From assembly GCF_006345805.1 (NCBI RefSeq), contig NW_021828454.1:1-8419 (forward strand): a stretch of DNA of 8,419 bases, written 5' to 3'. This document shows positions 7,680-8,419 of the stretch, in pieces; position 1 is the first letter of the stretch, and each line of letters begins with the position of its first letter. Under the pieces are notes generated by a model, which was not told the origin of the DNA, made no database searches, and saw nothing but the letters and a program-made list of their open reading frames with translations. This DNA comes from Octopus sinensis (lineage: Eukaryota). A program made the position numbers and the translations under genes.

Positions 7680-8419
7680 GTAGGTTAGCAATTAAGTTCC
7701 CGCCGTTTTTTTTTTTTAATTTAAATTTTTTTAAAGGTTTAATAAAATTAATCAATAATGTATTTACCCTTGTTGTTTACAACTTCTTCCCAACGTTCAA
7801 CAAGATTTTCAATACCTCGTTGGTAGAAATCACCCGATTGAACGAAACTCCGCGCATAGCATTTGAAAGAGATCGAAAGAGGTGGAAATCCGTTGGTACC
7901 AAATCAGGAGAGTATGACGGGTGCGGCAGCACTTCCCAGCCACGCGTTTGAATGGCTTCCTTGGTCATATTGGCGATATGAGGGCGGGCGTTGTCGTGCA
8001 GCAGAACTCCATGCCGACGATTAGGTCTTTGCTCTTGAATAGCCGTGTTAAGTCTTTCCATCTGTTGAACATAGAGTTCCGCGTTGACTGTTTGGTTCCG
8101 TTCAAGCAATTTGTAATGAATAATCCCTTCCAAGTCCCACCAAACGCACAACATCGTTTTACGCGGATGAAGTTTCACGCGCGGTGTCGCTTGTTTACCG
8201 GGGCTAAGCCATTCTTTACGCTGCTTCATATTGATGTACAGGCACCATATTTCGTCGCCAGTAACGATTCGGTAAAGAAATCGTTGCTTGTGTCCATGAG
8301 TTGAGCGGTAACGAGCAAGCAAATCAGCGGAGATTGTGGCCCGTTGATTTTTGTTGTTATCACTTAAAGCATGCAGAACTCATGCTCCATACTTCTGAAC
8401 CTTTCCCATCGAGTGAAGA
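7680..8419 (-). mobile_element. Mariner element (DD34D, mellifera-subfamily-like TIR): 3' part including the 3' TIR; continues past the window end
   Basis: 30-bp TIR GTAGGTTAGCAATTAAGTTCCCGCCGTTTT (7680-7709) preceded by TA (7678-7679). It resembles Ammar1/Hsmar1-type TIRs and is adjacent to a mariner transposase pseudogene. Confidence 0.94.
7748..8419 (-). pseudogene. Mariner transposase pseudogene (catalytic domain, DD34D)
   Basis: LHSMGKVQKYGA*VLHAL..RIVTGDEIW..LLHDNARPH..YSPDLVPTDFHLFRSLSNAMRGVSFN, with 34 residues between the second and third Asp. A TGA at 8380-8382 replaces the W of WVPH. A frameshifting deletion lies at 7836/7837, after which another frame gives GDFYQRGIENLVERWEEVVNNKGKYIID* ending at 7748. 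Confidence 0.96.

Noticed and set aside
1-8419. CRISPR array, rRNA or prokaryotic operon structure
   Set aside because: There are no regularly spaced repeats with unique spacers and no gene-dense organisation. The sequence is eukaryotic repeat-rich DNA.

Overview
AT-rich eukaryotic (animal) non-coding DNA with no host exon that can be supported. The mix of (TACA)n, (TA)n and (CA)n microsatellites with mariner relics resembles invertebrate genomes such as octopus, but the taxon is an inference. The window is a patchwork of transposon remnants: two decayed DD34D mariner copies from different lineages (1-471 on +, 7680 to the window end on -), a full-length but inactivated maT/DD37D element with TIRs and TA TSDs (1341-2648), a 522-bp Tc2/pogo-like MITE (4362-4883) and a 366-bp non-autonomous Helitron (6156-6521). 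Less routine items are a minimal hammerhead-ribozyme motif of the Penelope-like type with two core variants (7571-7605, -), a 126-bp-arm foldback bracketed by an exact 12-bp direct repeat (829-1172), a 72-nt tRNA-like relic followed by a T7 tract (7253-7342), and head-to-head complementary microsatellites. All listed ORFs are transposase fragments or repeat/chance artefacts.
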